NCBI GenBank assembly: GCA_049515895.1
Contig: JBEKTQ010000021.1
Location: 1 to 64,000 of the forward strand
Source: Candidatus Bathyarchaeia archaeon
GTDB taxonomy: Archaea > Thermoproteota > Bathyarchaeia > Bathyarchaeales > Bathycorpusculaceae
DNA: 64,000 bases
Direction of reading: 5' to 3'
The translations under genes and the position numbers were made by a program. The notes beneath the pieces are model-generated. The model had not been told where the DNA came from and searched no databases. It saw only the letters and a program-made list of their open reading frames with translations. Of this stretch, positions 1 through 10,474 are shown one piece after another. Position 1 is the stretch's first letter. Each line of letters begins with the position of its first letter.

Positions 1-1781
1 ACAGTCGGCGAAGCAGCCACAGTAACAGAAGGCGTGTTAGACTGCACCATAAACGGAGTAGAAGCACTGTCAGTCACCCTACAATAAATAGTAGCTGAAC
101 CAGCAGAACTTGGCGTATAAACGTAAGTTGTACCCGTCTGACCAGAAACAGCAGAACCAGCCAAATACCACTGATAACTCAAAGTCCCTGAACCACCAGA
201 AGCAACACAACTAAACACCTGAGATTGACCAACATCCATAGTAACCGGAGTAGGAGTCACCGCAACAATCTGAGCAGCATTCACCGTAACCGATGGCGTG
301 TTAGACTGCACCATAAACGGAGTAGAAGCACTGTCAGTCACCCTACAATAAATAGAAGGAGAACCAGCAGAACCAACATAAACGTAAGTTGTACCCGTCT
401 GACCAGAAACAGCAGAACCAGCCAAATACCACTGATAATGCAAAGTACCCGAACCGCCAGAAGCAGCACAAGTAAACGTCTGACTCTGACCAACATCCAT
501 AGTAACCGAAGTAGGAGTCACAGAAACAGTCTGAGCAGCATTCACCGTAACAGAAGGCGCAGAAGATTGAGGTGAAGTCGTACTTGAACTATCAGTAACA
601 GTCACAGTAATCAAGGGAGAACCTGCGGAACTAGGAGAATAACTAAACGTCGACGCAGTCTGACCACTCTGAGCCACACCACCAACATACCACTGATACC
701 CCGTATAACTACCCGACCCACCAGCAGGAGTAGCAGTAAACGTCTCAGACTGACCAACATCCATAGTCCACGAAGAAGGAGACACACTAACAGAAAGGGG
801 AAGCGCTGGTTTAATCGCTTCAACTATCATCGCCCAATCGCTGGTTGAGACTGTCCCAAAGGCGACCGATTGGCTAGAAAGTGTTCCGGATACAATCCTG
901 TATTCGGCTGCTGTACCTGATGATCCAGCATGTTGAGCTTTGATCAATGTTCCAGTTGTGCCTGCTATGCTTCCGGCTGTAGCATCAACAGTTGATCTGT
1001 GGCCTTCAAGTCCGATTATCATATCAGCAGCAGTCGAAGTTGACACTCCGGTAACGGTAGGAGCACCACTACCGGCGGAGGCTGTTCTTGCAGATCCGTC
1101 GAACGGGCTGGCCGCGTTTGCTCCCGAGATACCGAACACAACCACATTTAGCCCACTACTGTCACTGCTGCCGAACGTTACCGTAACCGAAGTTAGTGCT
1201 GAGCTGGTAGGAACAGCATAGAATTCCCAGATACGATCATGACTACTCTGGTCAACGTTTGCACGAGCGGGGGTCCAAGTCAGGCTACCGCCAGACACAC
1301 TCGAAATAGTGTTGCTGCTGTATGAGGACGCGAGTACGATTACCACGTCATTCACTTTACAGTTGAGCGAACTCACAGTAACAGTCGCCGAACTCGTTGA
1401 AGAACTGCTTCCCGAATTATCTAATGCCAAAACTGAATCTGTGAATGTTGTTGTTGCTATATTCATTCCGTCAGTGGCCGTTACGTCAAAGAGGGGTGCA
1501 CCAAAATTATCTATTTGATAAGTAGCGGTAAAGTTTCCGTTTGAATCTGAGATTACGTTGAAGCTGCTAACGGATCCGTCAGCCTGCTTAGTAACGTTTA
1601 TGGCCACATCAGCATTGGACATGAAGCCTGTTCCGTATATGGTTACGACATCACCAGGGTGATAGTCGGGTTTGTCTGTCCAGATTGTGGCTATTTGGCC
1701 TTTAACTTGTATTGAAGATACTATCATACTGAATGATAACAAGATAAAAAACGCTAATACTATAACTTGAGTTTTTTTCAA
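1..1781 (-). CDS. Large secreted/surface protein with tandem Ig-like (PKD-like) repeats; runs off the window start
   Basis: Not in the ORF track; translated by hand from TTG at 1781 after a purine-rich RBS: MKKTQVIVLAFFILLSFSMIVSSIQVKG (signal peptide), WTDKPDYHPGDVVTIYGTGF, then ~88-aa repeats of the type TMDVGQSQTFTCAASGGSGTLHYQWYLAGSAVSGQTGTTY; no stop seen before position 1. Confidence 0.88.
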   Translation of the reverse strand, partial: MKKTQVIVLAFFILLSFSMIVSSIQVKGQIATIWTDKPDYHPGDVVTIYGTGFMSNADVAINVTKQADGSVSSFNVISDSNGNFTATYQIDNFGAPLFDVTATDGMNIATTTFTDSVLALDNSGSSSSTSSATVTVSSLNCKVNDVVIVLASSYSSNTISSVSGGSLTWTPARANVDQSSHDRIWEFYAVPTSSALTSVTVTFGSSDSSGLNVVVFGISGANAASPFDGSARTASAGSGAPTVTGVSTSTAADMIIGLEGHRSTVDATAGSIAGTTGTLIKAQHAGSSGTAAEYRIVSGTLSSQSVAFGTVSTSDWAMIVEAIKPALPLSVSVSPSSWTMDVGQSETFTATPAGGSGSYTGYQWYVGGVAQSGQTASTFSYSPSSAGSPLITVTVTDSSSTTSPQSSAPSVTVNAAQTVSVTPTSVTMDVGQSQTFTCAASGGSGTLHYQWYLAGSAVSGQTGTTYVYVGSAGSPSIYCRVTDSASTPFMVQSNTPSVTVNAAQIVAVTPTPVTMDVGQSQVFSCVASGGSGTLSYQWYLAGSAVSGQTGTTYVYTPSSAGSATIYCRVTDSASTPFMVQSNTPSVTVAASPT

Positions 1782-2702
1782 TTTTATCTTTCCCCTTTTT
1801 TCACGTAATCTCATGTTTTTTAGAGACCTGTTTGTGCGAAGGAAAAGCTGCAATTGGACATGCCAGTTGACTGCTTTCTAGCCTTCTCCCTGTCTCCTCT
1901 TTTTGTTTGTGAGGGACTGCATTTAAGGGAGATTTCTTGCAGGCGAATATGTCAGGTTTCGGAATAGTGCCTACGAACGTTTTAGGCAGTCTGAAAAGCA
2001 GCGTCAACGATTGGTCAAAGTAGGCTAACGCTACTACAAACGTATCCTTTTGCAGCTTCTCCTTCTCCCCCTAAACTAGGGTCTCTCTAAGCCACCTGCA
2101 TCGGATTTTGAATAAAAACACCTATGGAAAAGTAGATTAACCTTCTATGCTTGCATGGTCAACTTTGCGCTTTATTTTCGCCCTTGGACTGCAGGGAACC
2201 ACCAAGCTGAGTCGAGGTATCCCAGTGGGTATTGTTGTTCCAAGCGACCAGGCAAGGAAGACTAAACATCAATGTATGCGCGCTTCAGCGCTGAAAACCG
2301 GCCTGTAAGGGGAAAAATTCGCGTGTTGGGGTTTTTTAATCTAAAAGGGCTAGCTTTCTTACAGAAGAAACATCAACTCGTTTCACAACATGGCTCATTT
2401 ACATCATTTCCAAGCATTCAATGCAAACAATATCGTTAAATTGACATTTTTATGCTGCATTTCTCAAATAATCTGAATAATTTCACTCTGTTTTATAACA
2501 TTTTTCTAGAAAACCAATCGTTTCTTCTAGAAAAATTACGCAATTGTGAAACTGGAGCAAATACACCAAAACTTGCATTAGCAAAAGAGTTGAGATGCCA
2601 AAAGGCAAGGATTGCCCGCGCCAACCGAAAAGCCAAAAAAATCAAAAAACTAAAAAGCGCTAAAGACACAAAAAAATTTTTGGCTCGGCGCGAGAATGAA
2701 AA

Positions 2703-3038
2703 TTACGGCTGCCTGATTGGCTGTAGGAGTTTGGGTCCTTCACAGTATTGAGTTAGCCGCTCGCGTTCGCTGATCAGGGCGTCAAACAATTTTTCGGCCC
2801 TGAGGTAGCGTTCCTCGAAGTTTTTGTATTGCCGGAGGAATTCTCGTCCACGCTCAGTCAAGACGTATCTGGAGCCTTCAATGCGTACAAAGCCGGTGCA
2901 GGTAACGATGTCGAGGTATTTTTCCAGGAGGCTGAAGCTTAAGCCTGCCGAAAACATAATCTTGGTTTTGCTAGCTCCTAAACGGGCAGCTTCCAAAATG
3001 GCTGCGACGAGGCTGACGCGATCGCGGTTCTTACCCAA
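2703..3038 (-). CDS. Winged helix-turn-helix transcriptional regulator (HTH_45/ArnR1-like)
   Basis: KNRDRVSLVAAILEAA...SKTKIMFSAGLSFSLLEKYL...YVLTERGREFL is the typical pattern; start moved from 3095 to TTG 3038. Confidence 0.8.
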   Translation of the reverse strand: MGKNRDRVSLVAAILEAARLGASKTKIMFSAGLSFSLLEKYLDIVTCTGFVRIEGSRYVLTERGREFLRQYKNFEERYLRAEKLFDALISERERLTQYCEGPKLLQPIRQP

Positions 3039-3344
3039 CAAAACCACCCTTAAGTTGGAATTCGCGCAGAATATTTTCTCGGGAGCCAAAAGCAAAAATC
3101 AAAGAATCAAACGATTCAAAGTACTTATTTAGTCTTCTCTTGAAACGAGATATTGAAGCCATCCTTTCTCCCCGATCCTTCTCCTTACCAACGCAAAACT
3201 CAAAAAAACCTTATAAGGGATATTTCATTTGACGCAATATATCTAGAAAAATAACACAAGTCTTCCATAGCCAACTTAGCCTCAAAAATCACGGTTTACG
3301 GAATCTCCACTTCTTTTAAGTCCTTCTACGTGAGCCCTAAGAAC

Positions 3345-3453
3345 CAGCAAGGAGGAACGAAAAGCGCGTAGGCGAACGGAAAGGGACTGGAAGAAAGGCG
3401 GAAGAACGGGAATCCTCGCGGTGGAACGGGAGAAAACGCGAAAAAACGCAACC
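3345..3453 (+). repeat. 10-bp-period array (GAAAnAACGS type) ending in a truncated anchor AACGCAACC (copy A0)
   Basis: gaagaacggg aatcctcgcg gtggaacggg agaaaacgcg aaaaaacgcaacc; matches part of the 14731-14840 array unit by unit. Confidence 0.7.
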
Positions 3454-3544
3454 GAGGATCATAGATGGCTATGCATAACTCTCAACCGATTGGCTAGGTA
3501 TCATTTTTCCTTGACAATTTCACAATGGCTAAGACTAAACCTGC

Positions 3545-3659
3545 GATTTTGAGGAGATTTCGGGAGAAATTGAGAGATTTTGAGAGATTTCTAGACGCAA
3601 CCTGAAACCAATCCAAACCCCATTCCAAGAAACCAACCCATTTCACAAAGAACAAATTT
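3545..3659 (+). repeat. Anchor plus 10-bp array element (copy A, GAGAGATTTT-type array)
   Basis: gaggagattt cgggagaaat tgagagattt tgagagattt, then GACGCAACCTGAAACCAATCCAAACCCC...CAAATTT. Confidence 0.85.
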
Positions 3660-4159
3660 ACTGCCCCTCACAACAGGCCAAAAACAAACCCGGGCTCAGA
3701 CATATACAAATCTGAAATATTCCCAAACCCGAAACTTCACTTATATCGAAACATCGGCTTTATAGGTATTCAAAGGAGAGGAAGTCGGCAATATGAAACC
3801 GTTGGAAGTAAGCAATGGAAGTAATCGGAAAGTTGAAGATTTGTTGAAACAGTACATCATAGAAAGAGTGCGAATGCTCTGGTCGGTAAAACCGATTCAT
3901 TTCTGATAGATTAAGCTCTGCAAGCAATGAAGCATTAGTTAACTTCAAAGACTGATTATAGTAACGATAAAAAACAACAGCCTGTTCCCCGTGGCCTGGG
4001 CCATTATTTTGGTTGACTGCAAGGCGAATATCAGGCTTAATTTGGTTTCCCAGTTAGAATTTGGTTTAGACTCTGCATTTTATCATAAACGTGAATTCTG
4101 AATCTATACGCTGGCTTCTGACGTCTTATATTCGCGAATTTCTCACAGTAGAGAGCATC

Positions 4160-4978
4160 ATGCTAGAAATGGCGAGTATTAAGCAATCAGATAGTGAGAT
4201 CTACGTCATGAAGTGCCATACGTGTGACAGCGTTATTATTTACCCTGAAGGGTTGGAGGGCGAAAGGATCTGCAGCGGCTGCGGACTTGTTTTAGAGGAT
4301 ACGCCTTCGATTAGAAGTTATGCGCAATGGGCACCCGAGTGGCATTCGAACTGGAATGAAGAAGACTCAGAAACGCTCAAGGAATGGTTAACCGTACTAA
4401 GATCGGTTTCCTGCCAACTAAACATTCCAAACTACCCCTACAGAGAAGAAGCAGCACGCACAATAAGAAAACAAAGACACAACTTATTCAAGTCGCAGAA
4501 GCTCTCAAAAAACAAAAGAGCAACAGTAGCCGCCCTAATACATTTGACACTTAAAGAATACGACAAGCTGCGTCCATTAAAAGAAATAAGCAAAGAACTC
4601 AGCCTCGACCCAAGAGAAGTTATGAAGCAAAGCTGGCTACTAAACAAAACAATAAACACGGAAAAAGAAACTCTGAAAACTCAAAGAAGAACAGCAACAG
4701 ACTACCTGCATGAATACGCAGGAAAAATAACAGAAGACAAACAGCTAATCCTTAAAACCGACGAAACACTGAACAGAATAAGAAGATCAGGTGGAAACCC
4801 AATTGGCCTGGCAGCAGGCGCATTCTACAACACATGCAAAAACAACAAAGTTAAAATCTCGAAAGAGAAAATAGGCGAAATATTCCATATTTCAGCTAGA
4901 ACCGTCTACACGAATGAAGCAAGAATCAGAAAACTAAAAGGATCGTTTAAAGCTGCAGGACGAACGTTCTCGCCGTAA
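4160..4978 (+). CDS. Transcription factor B (TFIIB)-like paralog
   Basis: Zn ribbon CHTC...ERICSGCGLVLE, a PEW motif, and two cyclin-like repeats (ATVAALIHL; NPIGLAAGAFY...ISKEKIGEIFHISARTV); start uncertain. Confidence 0.8.
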   Translation: MLEMASIKQSDSEIYVMKCHTCDSVIIYPEGLEGERICSGCGLVLEDTPSIRSYAQWAPEWHSNWNEEDSETLKEWLTVLRSVSCQLNIPNYPYREEAARTIRKQRHNLFKSQKLSKNKRATVAALIHLTLKEYDKLRPLKEISKELSLDPREVMKQSWLLNKTINTEKETLKTQRRTATDYLHEYAGKITEDKQLILKTDETLNRIRRSGGNPIGLAAGAFYNTCKNNKVKISKEKIGEIFHISARTVYTNEARIRKLKGSFKAAGRTFSP

Positions 4979-5078
4979 CAAAGACGAAATAACCTCAATT
5001 TTTTAAGAAAAGCCCAAGCGCCCCCATACTATCGCAGATTTCTTTCGCAGTTTATAAGACATCTTTGTCAATTAAAGC

Positions 5079-5471
5079 TTGGAAGAAAAATATCAAATGC
5101 TTAGCCAAATCGAAGAGCTCCATTTAAGGCTCGACAAACTTGAAAAACAGAAAGATCAAGAAGTCTTGGCATTGGTAGAGATACTATCAAACGCAACGTT
5201 TTTTGGAGAGCTAAGAAAAGCCAATTGTCAGTATGCCATGGATGGACAATGCGCCCTTTTTGTTTTGCAAGAAGAAGCAAAAAACAAGATACCGATTGTA
5301 AGTGAATGCAGAATCAAGCAATGTGAAGAATCGGCTAAGCACTTTCATATTGAATTGTCAAATATCACTTGCACACTCTGCCAGGAAGCAGAAGCGGAAC
5401 TGTTAAGCTCTTCGCCTACTAAGAAAACTAAAATTGAAGTTAATTCTCTCGAAGAAACAGGGGTAGAATGA
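5079..5471 (+). CDS. Hypothetical Cys-rich protein
   Basis: 130-aa ORF with six Cys; its stop overlaps the next start (ATGA), suggesting translational coupling. Confidence 0.65.
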   Translation: MEEKYQMLSQIEELHLRLDKLEKQKDQEVLALVEILSNATFFGELRKANCQYAMDGQCALFVLQEEAKNKIPIVSECRIKQCEESAKHFHIELSNITCTLCQEAEAELLSSSPTKKTKIEVNSLEETGVE

Positions 5472-7663
5472 ACATAATGAATAAGAAATTAGTAACCTTG
5501 ACAATTATTTTGGTCCTGTCAGTTTCAGCATTTATTGCATTTAATCAAAACAGCGCTACCCATGCAGCAGCAAGTAATCCCTTCCTCAAGATTTACGTTG
5601 CGCCAAGCAGCGTACTTGCCGACAATAATGTTTACAACTGCATTTTCGTACAGTTTATTGATTCCAGCGGACAACCCTTTAGAGCGCTGCAGGATACAAC
5701 TATAAGCTTGTCCTCGTCGCTTACGAATATTGGAACAGTGGATCCGACAATAACTATACTCAAAAATACAACTTACTCATCAGCAAACTTCTACACCACG
5801 CTTAATCCCGGAACAACAACCATATCAGCCTCAGCAACGGGCTACTCAACGGTGCAAGCATCTGTAACTACGGTTACACCGATTCCATCTGCAATAGCAG
5901 TTTATGGGTTTCCATCAATTCTTCCAGCCGACGGAGGTACTTATCCGGCTATAATGGTGCAACTGCAAGATTCAAGTGGTTTACCGGAAAGGGCACCACC
6001 AGATGGCGTAAACGTATCACTGTTCTGCTCAGACAGTAACATAGGCACCGTTAGTTCCAACGTGACCATTCCTTACGGGCAAACCTACGCCATAGCCAAT
6101 TTCACTACAACCCCAACGACTGGCAGCGCAACAGTCACCACTCTGGCAAATGGATACGCAACCCGACAAATGACGATTGCAACAAGAAATGTTGTATTCA
6201 GTCCTGATAATCCTAAATACCTTAAAATCTTTGCAGGACCCACTGAAGTTCTAGCAGATAGTAACTCATATCCACAAGTTGCAGTTGAATTACAAGACAG
6301 TCAAGGAGACATTGCGAGCATGGTTAATTCAGACGTCTTGGTCAGCTTGATTTCAACGGATACGAACATAGGGCAAATAAATCCAACTTTAACGATTGGC
6401 CCCGGTTCACAATTTCTAACTTATTCCATAGCCACTTTCAACACTACGTACACAGCAGGATCAACAAATATCGTTGCTGCAGCAACTAATTGGACCGCAG
6501 CTTCACAGTCAATAAGTACAGTAGAGTTTATTCCGCCAAAATTAGCTGTCTACACTGTCCCATCATTACTGCCAGCGGACAAAGCAACATATTCGGCTGT
6601 AATAGTGCAGCTACAAGACTCACAAGGACGCCCAGCAAAAAACCTTGAAGGAGACGTAAACGTCAACCTCTTTTCAACAGAACCACAGATAGGATCCATC
6701 AACTCAACACTAACAATCCCCTCGGGTAAAACGCAAGCCACAGTAAACTTGACGACGACAAATGCTCCTGGGTCAACCACAATCACAGCCCAAGCCCCAG
6801 GCTACGCCATAGGTCAAGGAACAGTCACAACATACCTCATCGACTTCTCACCCCTCTCTATAACCTTAACAAGCAGCGCACAAAGCATCACCAGTTCAAA
6901 TGCGACACAGATAACAGCATATGTCAACGTTAACGGCAGCCCAATAACGGGAGCGACAGTGGCCTTCTCGTCGAATGATGGCGGATTATTTTCAGCTACC
7001 ACTGAACAAGGAAACGGCTACTACCAAACAAATTTCACGGCAGCAAGCTTCTCCCAGACAACATTATGTACCATTACAGCAAGCGCTTCAAAAACAGGAG
7101 CATATATTAGCTCACAGAATACGATGCAAATAACTGTAACACCAGCGCCAGCAGCAACTCCAGCACCAACCCCAACACCAACGCCAACTGCTACTCCGAC
7201 ACCAACACCAACGCCTTCATCAAACTCGACCACAAAGACCGCGGCGACATTAACTTTGCGAATCCTTGATGACAACGATAACCCGCTGAACGACACGCTT
7301 GTTTCCTCAATAACTCAACCTGCGGGAATAGGCACGTTAGTTGACTTGACAAACGCAACGGGATACGTCACATTCCAAAACGTCACAGCCGGATCATACA
7401 CGTTTAAACTGGTCAAACAAGGGTACCCCACAACCAACGAAACAATAGACTTCCCAGGCCAATCTTTAACACTTGACATAAACTTGGTCAACGGCAAGAT
7501 AACCACCCAAACCAACGGCACATCAATAATGTTAGTATTAATAATCGTCGTGGCAGCAATCGCAATTGCAGGAGCAAGCGGATTCCTAATGATAAAAAGC
7601 GGAGAAAGATCAAGGACGAGAAAAATAAAAGAACTCCAAAAACAACTAAACCCAAAAACCTAA
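5468..7663 (+). CDS. Membrane-anchored surface protein with Ig/invasin-like repeats
   Basis: Signal peptide, four repeats of the type P..LPAD...Y....VQLQDS.G, a Pro/Thr linker, a carboxypeptidase-regulatory-like domain, and a C-terminal TM helix with basic tail. Confidence 0.85.
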   Translation: MNIMNKKLVTLTIILVLSVSAFIAFNQNSATHAAASNPFLKIYVAPSSVLADNNVYNCIFVQFIDSSGQPFRALQDTTISLSSSLTNIGTVDPTITILKNTTYSSANFYTTLNPGTTTISASATGYSTVQASVTTVTPIPSAIAVYGFPSILPADGGTYPAIMVQLQDSSGLPERAPPDGVNVSLFCSDSNIGTVSSNVTIPYGQTYAIANFTTTPTTGSATVTTLANGYATRQMTIATRNVVFSPDNPKYLKIFAGPTEVLADSNSYPQVAVELQDSQGDIASMVNSDVLVSLISTDTNIGQINPTLTIGPGSQFLTYSIATFNTTYTAGSTNIVAAATNWTAASQSISTVEFIPPKLAVYTVPSLLPADKATYSAVIVQLQDSQGRPAKNLEGDVNVNLFSTEPQIGSINSTLTIPSGKTQATVNLTTTNAPGSTTITAQAPGYAIGQGTVTTYLIDFSPLSITLTSSAQSITSSNATQITAYVNVNGSPITGATVAFSSNDGGLFSATTEQGNGYYQTNFTAASFSQTTLCTITASASKTGAYISSQNTMQITVTPAPAATPAPTPTPTPTATPTPTPTPSSNSTTKTAATLTLRILDDNDNPLNDTLVSSITQPAGIGTLVDLTNATGYVTFQNVTAGSYTFKLVKQGYPTTNETIDFPGQSLTLDINLVNGKITTQTNGTSIMLVLIIVVAAIAIAGASGFLMIKSGERSRTRKIKELQKQLNPKT

Positions 7664-8155
7664 TTTCACTTTTCCCATTTTTAGACCGTTTTTACTGTGT
7701 CATTTTTATGGATAATTTCTTTATAGGATATGAAATAGTTCAGCAATCTGGCGGCTTCTTCATTCTTAAATATAGCCTGTGATTCCTTCAACCTATTCAC
7801 CCTTCAACTTGACGGATTTTAACTCGCCTCTCAGAGAATAAAACGTTTCATAATATGCGCGGATATGTCTCACTAATTCAAAAAGGAAAAACCACTTTGG
7901 GTAAGCCTTCTTTACTCTGCAAAAGCAAGCCGATTAAAACTCTAAATAAACATAAAAAATTAAAGAATCCAGAAAAAGATCCCGAAAATTAGGAAACAGC
8001 CGCGTAGAATCCAACCTATTGCAATATTCCTTCAGGTTAAATCTGGACAAATTTGAGTTCTTCGGTGGGATGCACTTGTAGGAGTATCGTTACAGTCACA
8101 TTTGTTTATACATTACTGTATGGTTTATTATGACATAATACAAAAGGGGTTCTGA

Positions 8156-8689
8156 ATGGTTCATCAAAGCATTAGGAAAGTACCTCACAAGATCAATGAA
8201 GGAACGGTACACTTAATTCAATCAATGGTCAACCCGAGCGGCAATCATACCCGCAGAAAAATAATGACCGCTGCAACGTGTTTATTGGCCATCGTTGTTT
8301 TCAGCGCCGTCGTTGCAGCTCTCGCCACGGACAAAACTATTGTCTACGCGAACCCCTTGAGCAGCCTCGGAGCAGGGGTTTACTGGGATCAAGCTTGCAC
8401 AAATAGGACTCTTTCGCTCGTTTGGGGAGCAATGGAGCCTGGTTCAAACAGTACTTTAACGATATATGTTAGAAATGAGGGCAATTCGGCGGCTTCGCTG
8501 ACATTGCAAACATCAAACTGGAACCCACCAATCGCCATGAACTACTTGTCTCTAAAATGGAACTACACGGGTCAAGTCCTTAGCACAGGTCAAGTAATCC
8601 CTCTCGAACTAACCCTAACTGTTAGCCCGACCATAACTGGAATAACTAATTTCAACTTCGGCACACTCATAACCACAAGCCACCACTAA
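8156..8689 (+). CDS. Hypothetical exported beta-sandwich protein
   Basis: Hydrophobic N-terminal helix followed by GVYWDQACT..WG...PG....TIYVRNEGN. Confidence 0.7.
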   Translation: MVHQSIRKVPHKINEGTVHLIQSMVNPSGNHTRRKIMTAATCLLAIVVFSAVVAALATDKTIVYANPLSSLGAGVYWDQACTNRTLSLVWGAMEPGSNSTLTIYVRNEGNSAASLTLQTSNWNPPIAMNYLSLKWNYTGQVLSTGQVIPLELTLTVSPTITGITNFNFGTLITTSHH

Positions 8690-8964
8690 CAATTTAATAA
8701 TCAGAAGCGCAAAGATCATTGATTCAGGCTTAGGCAGACGAACAAAAACAAATCGTCCAAGCTCAATTCATTAGCTTCTTTGAATCCGAGAAACGACTAT
8801 CCGAAATTGATGTTAATCTCCGAGACTTATGAAGAAAGTAACCCATCACCAATTTGCAGTAAATTTCTAGTTTGACTGTTACCCTACTGAAAAACGCATC
8901 AAGTTTTCCATCTGTGTTTATATTCAAATTCTTTGTCAAATGAAAACAGGAGAGAAGGCAGCTA

Positions 8965-9186
8965 ATGCCCGAAGGCGAAAAAACAGACAAGACCTTGACG
9001 AATGAACCTGATAACGTTCTCAAGCCGAAGAGTTTCTACAAGGGAACGGCGGAAACAATAGGCGCACTTGATATTTTCTCCAAAAAAATGAAGACGGAAA
9101 ATGCAGGAAAACCCTGCGATTTTGAAGACTCCTGTTTCATTTCCAAATCCAAAATGGGTAGATGCCCCTGCGAATGCTACAGATAA
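8965..9186 (+). CDS. Small hypothetical protein with Cys-rich C-terminus
   Basis: Purine-rich RBS upstream; ends CDFEDSC...CPCECYR. Confidence 0.45.
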   Translation: MPEGEKTDKTLTNEPDNVLKPKSFYKGTAETIGALDIFSKKMKTENAGKPCDFEDSCFISKSKMGRCPCECYR

Positions 9187-9410
9187 AAAACAACCTAATT
9201 TATATAAAAATAAACCCGTTTCATGAATAGAGCAAAACTCCACAAAAGTCAGTCAATGCTTTAATCTAACTCTCTTTCTGAGCGGAATTTTTTGTTGAAG
9301 GGTGAGGTCGAAGGCCAACCATTAGACTGACTGTTGTTTAGGAAACAGCACAACCGTCTATGAGACAAAAAGTCCCCTGCAGATGAAATAGGGTCGCAGC
9401 AAACGGGAAA

Positions 9411-9558
9411 GGTCGGGGATAGTCGGGATGGGTCGTTGCGAGTCGTATTGGGTCGCTGCGAGTCGCAGTGGGTCGAATGGAGTCGTTTTGGGTCGCAACC
9501 TGCAACCAATCCAAACCCCATTTCAAAGAAGCAACCCATTTCACAAAAAACAAATTTT
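9411..9558 (+). repeat. Anchor plus 10-bp array element (copy B, alternating GGTCG/AGTCG-N5)
   Basis: Nine in-phase RGTCG units from 9411; the ninth (9491) runs into GCAACCTGCAACCAATCCAAACCCC...CAAATTTT. Confidence 0.9.
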
Positions 9559-9620
9559 CTGCGACGAAAAACCGCAAAACCTGCCCTCAATCTTCTCGAC
9601 AAGATTTTCCTCGCGATTTT

Positions 9621-9758
9621 AGATTCTTCTAGATTTTTCTAGATGTTTCTAGATTTTTCTAGAGCTTTATAGATGTTTTTAGATGTTTCTAGATGATAGT
9701 TGAAGCCGATCCGAGCTCCAAACCAAGAAAGCAACCCAAAACACAAACAACAAATTTT
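9621..9758 (+). repeat. Anchor plus 10-bp array element (copy C, AGATKTTTCT array)
   Basis: Eight in-phase AGA-started units, a diverged core, then AAGAAAGCAACCCAAAACACAAACAACAAATTTT. Confidence 0.88.
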
Positions 9759-9805
9759 CTACCCAAAAAAAAGAAAATGAAGGTTGCACGCCGTAGCTTG
9801 TTCGC

Positions 9806-10468
9806 TCAAGTTAGTTTGGTGCCGCATTCGCCGCAGAAACTGGTGCTTGCAGGGTTTTTGGCTCCGCATTTGGGGCATACTTTCAATCCTAAGGGTGCTC
9901 CGCAGTTGTTGCAGAATTTGCCTGAGCCGGCTGGTTTTCCGCAGACTGGGCAAATTGTTTGTCTTTGTGTTATTTCGCCTGTGTAGACTTGGGTGGCTTC
10001 TGCTTTTTGTTTGATGTCCGCGACCATTTTTTCGGATCTGGCAGCAGCTACTTCGGTGCTTTCTCGTGGGGCGTCTTCTATGCATAGTCCTTCTTGTTCG
10101 TTCCAGTCGTTTTCGCAGACGTATTTGTGGCATCTTGGGCACCTGTTGAAGTGGCCTTTGGCTTCGTTTTGTGCAAGCTCAAATGCTTCTTCGTGTTCCT
10201 TGTGCCATTCCGGCGTCATGCCCTGAAATCGTTCACTCATGGCGTTTGCGCCTTGCTGAGCTGCATAACCTCCGCTGCCGCCCGCTAGTTGTGACCCTAT
10301 CGAAGCGACTTGGCCTATTCCTTTCCAGAATCCTCTTTTCTTGTAGGTTTTGCTTGCGATGAAGTTTGTTTTGTAGCCGTCGTTGCAGATGTCGCAGTTG
10401 AAAGTGAATTGGAATCCTGCGTCTGTGCTAAGGTCTTGATAATTTCGAGTAAATGGTTGAAGTGGCAT
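9806..10468 (-). CDS. Zinc-ribbon (double zinc ribbon) domain protein
   Basis: CDIC, CPRC...C and a C-terminal CPVC/CNNC/CPKC/CGEC set. Confidence 0.85.
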   Translation of the reverse strand: MPLQPFTRNYQDLSTDAGFQFTFNCDICNDGYKTNFIASKTYKKRGFWKGIGQVASIGSQLAGGSGGYAAQQGANAMSERFQGMTPEWHKEHEEAFELAQNEAKGHFNRCPRCHKYVCENDWNEQEGLCIEDAPRESTEVAAARSEKMVADIKQKAEATQVYTGEITQRQTICPVCGKPAGSGKFCNNCGAPLGLKVCPKCGAKNPASTSFCGECGTKLT

Positions 10469-10474
10469 TTTGTT

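Noticed and set aside
225-1518. ORF-track ORFs 225-575, 611-823, 940-1221 and 1309-1518
   Set aside because: They are shadows or alternate frames of the long minus-strand surface-protein gene starting at 1781.
2615-2682. Possible degenerate anchor copies here, at ~37879-37906 and at ~53280-53345
   Set aside because: Only A-rich similarity and no clear 10-bp array; cannot be distinguished from ordinary terminators by eye.
7140-7220. Short tandem ACACCA-type repeats (also ~23190-23410)
   Set aside because: They encode ordinary Pro/Thr linkers of surface proteins.
9261-9642. Overlapping short ORFs across the anchor/array elements (also 14684-15368 and 33363-33656)
   Set aside because: The 10-bp period is not a multiple of 3 and the ORFs occur in several frames and on both strands; treated as by-products of the repeats.
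9411-9758. 10-bp arrays as CRISPR arrays or integron attC sites
   Set aside because: No 24-47-bp repeats with unique spacers, no cas genes in the window, and no paired RYYYAAC/GTTRRRY inverted structure.
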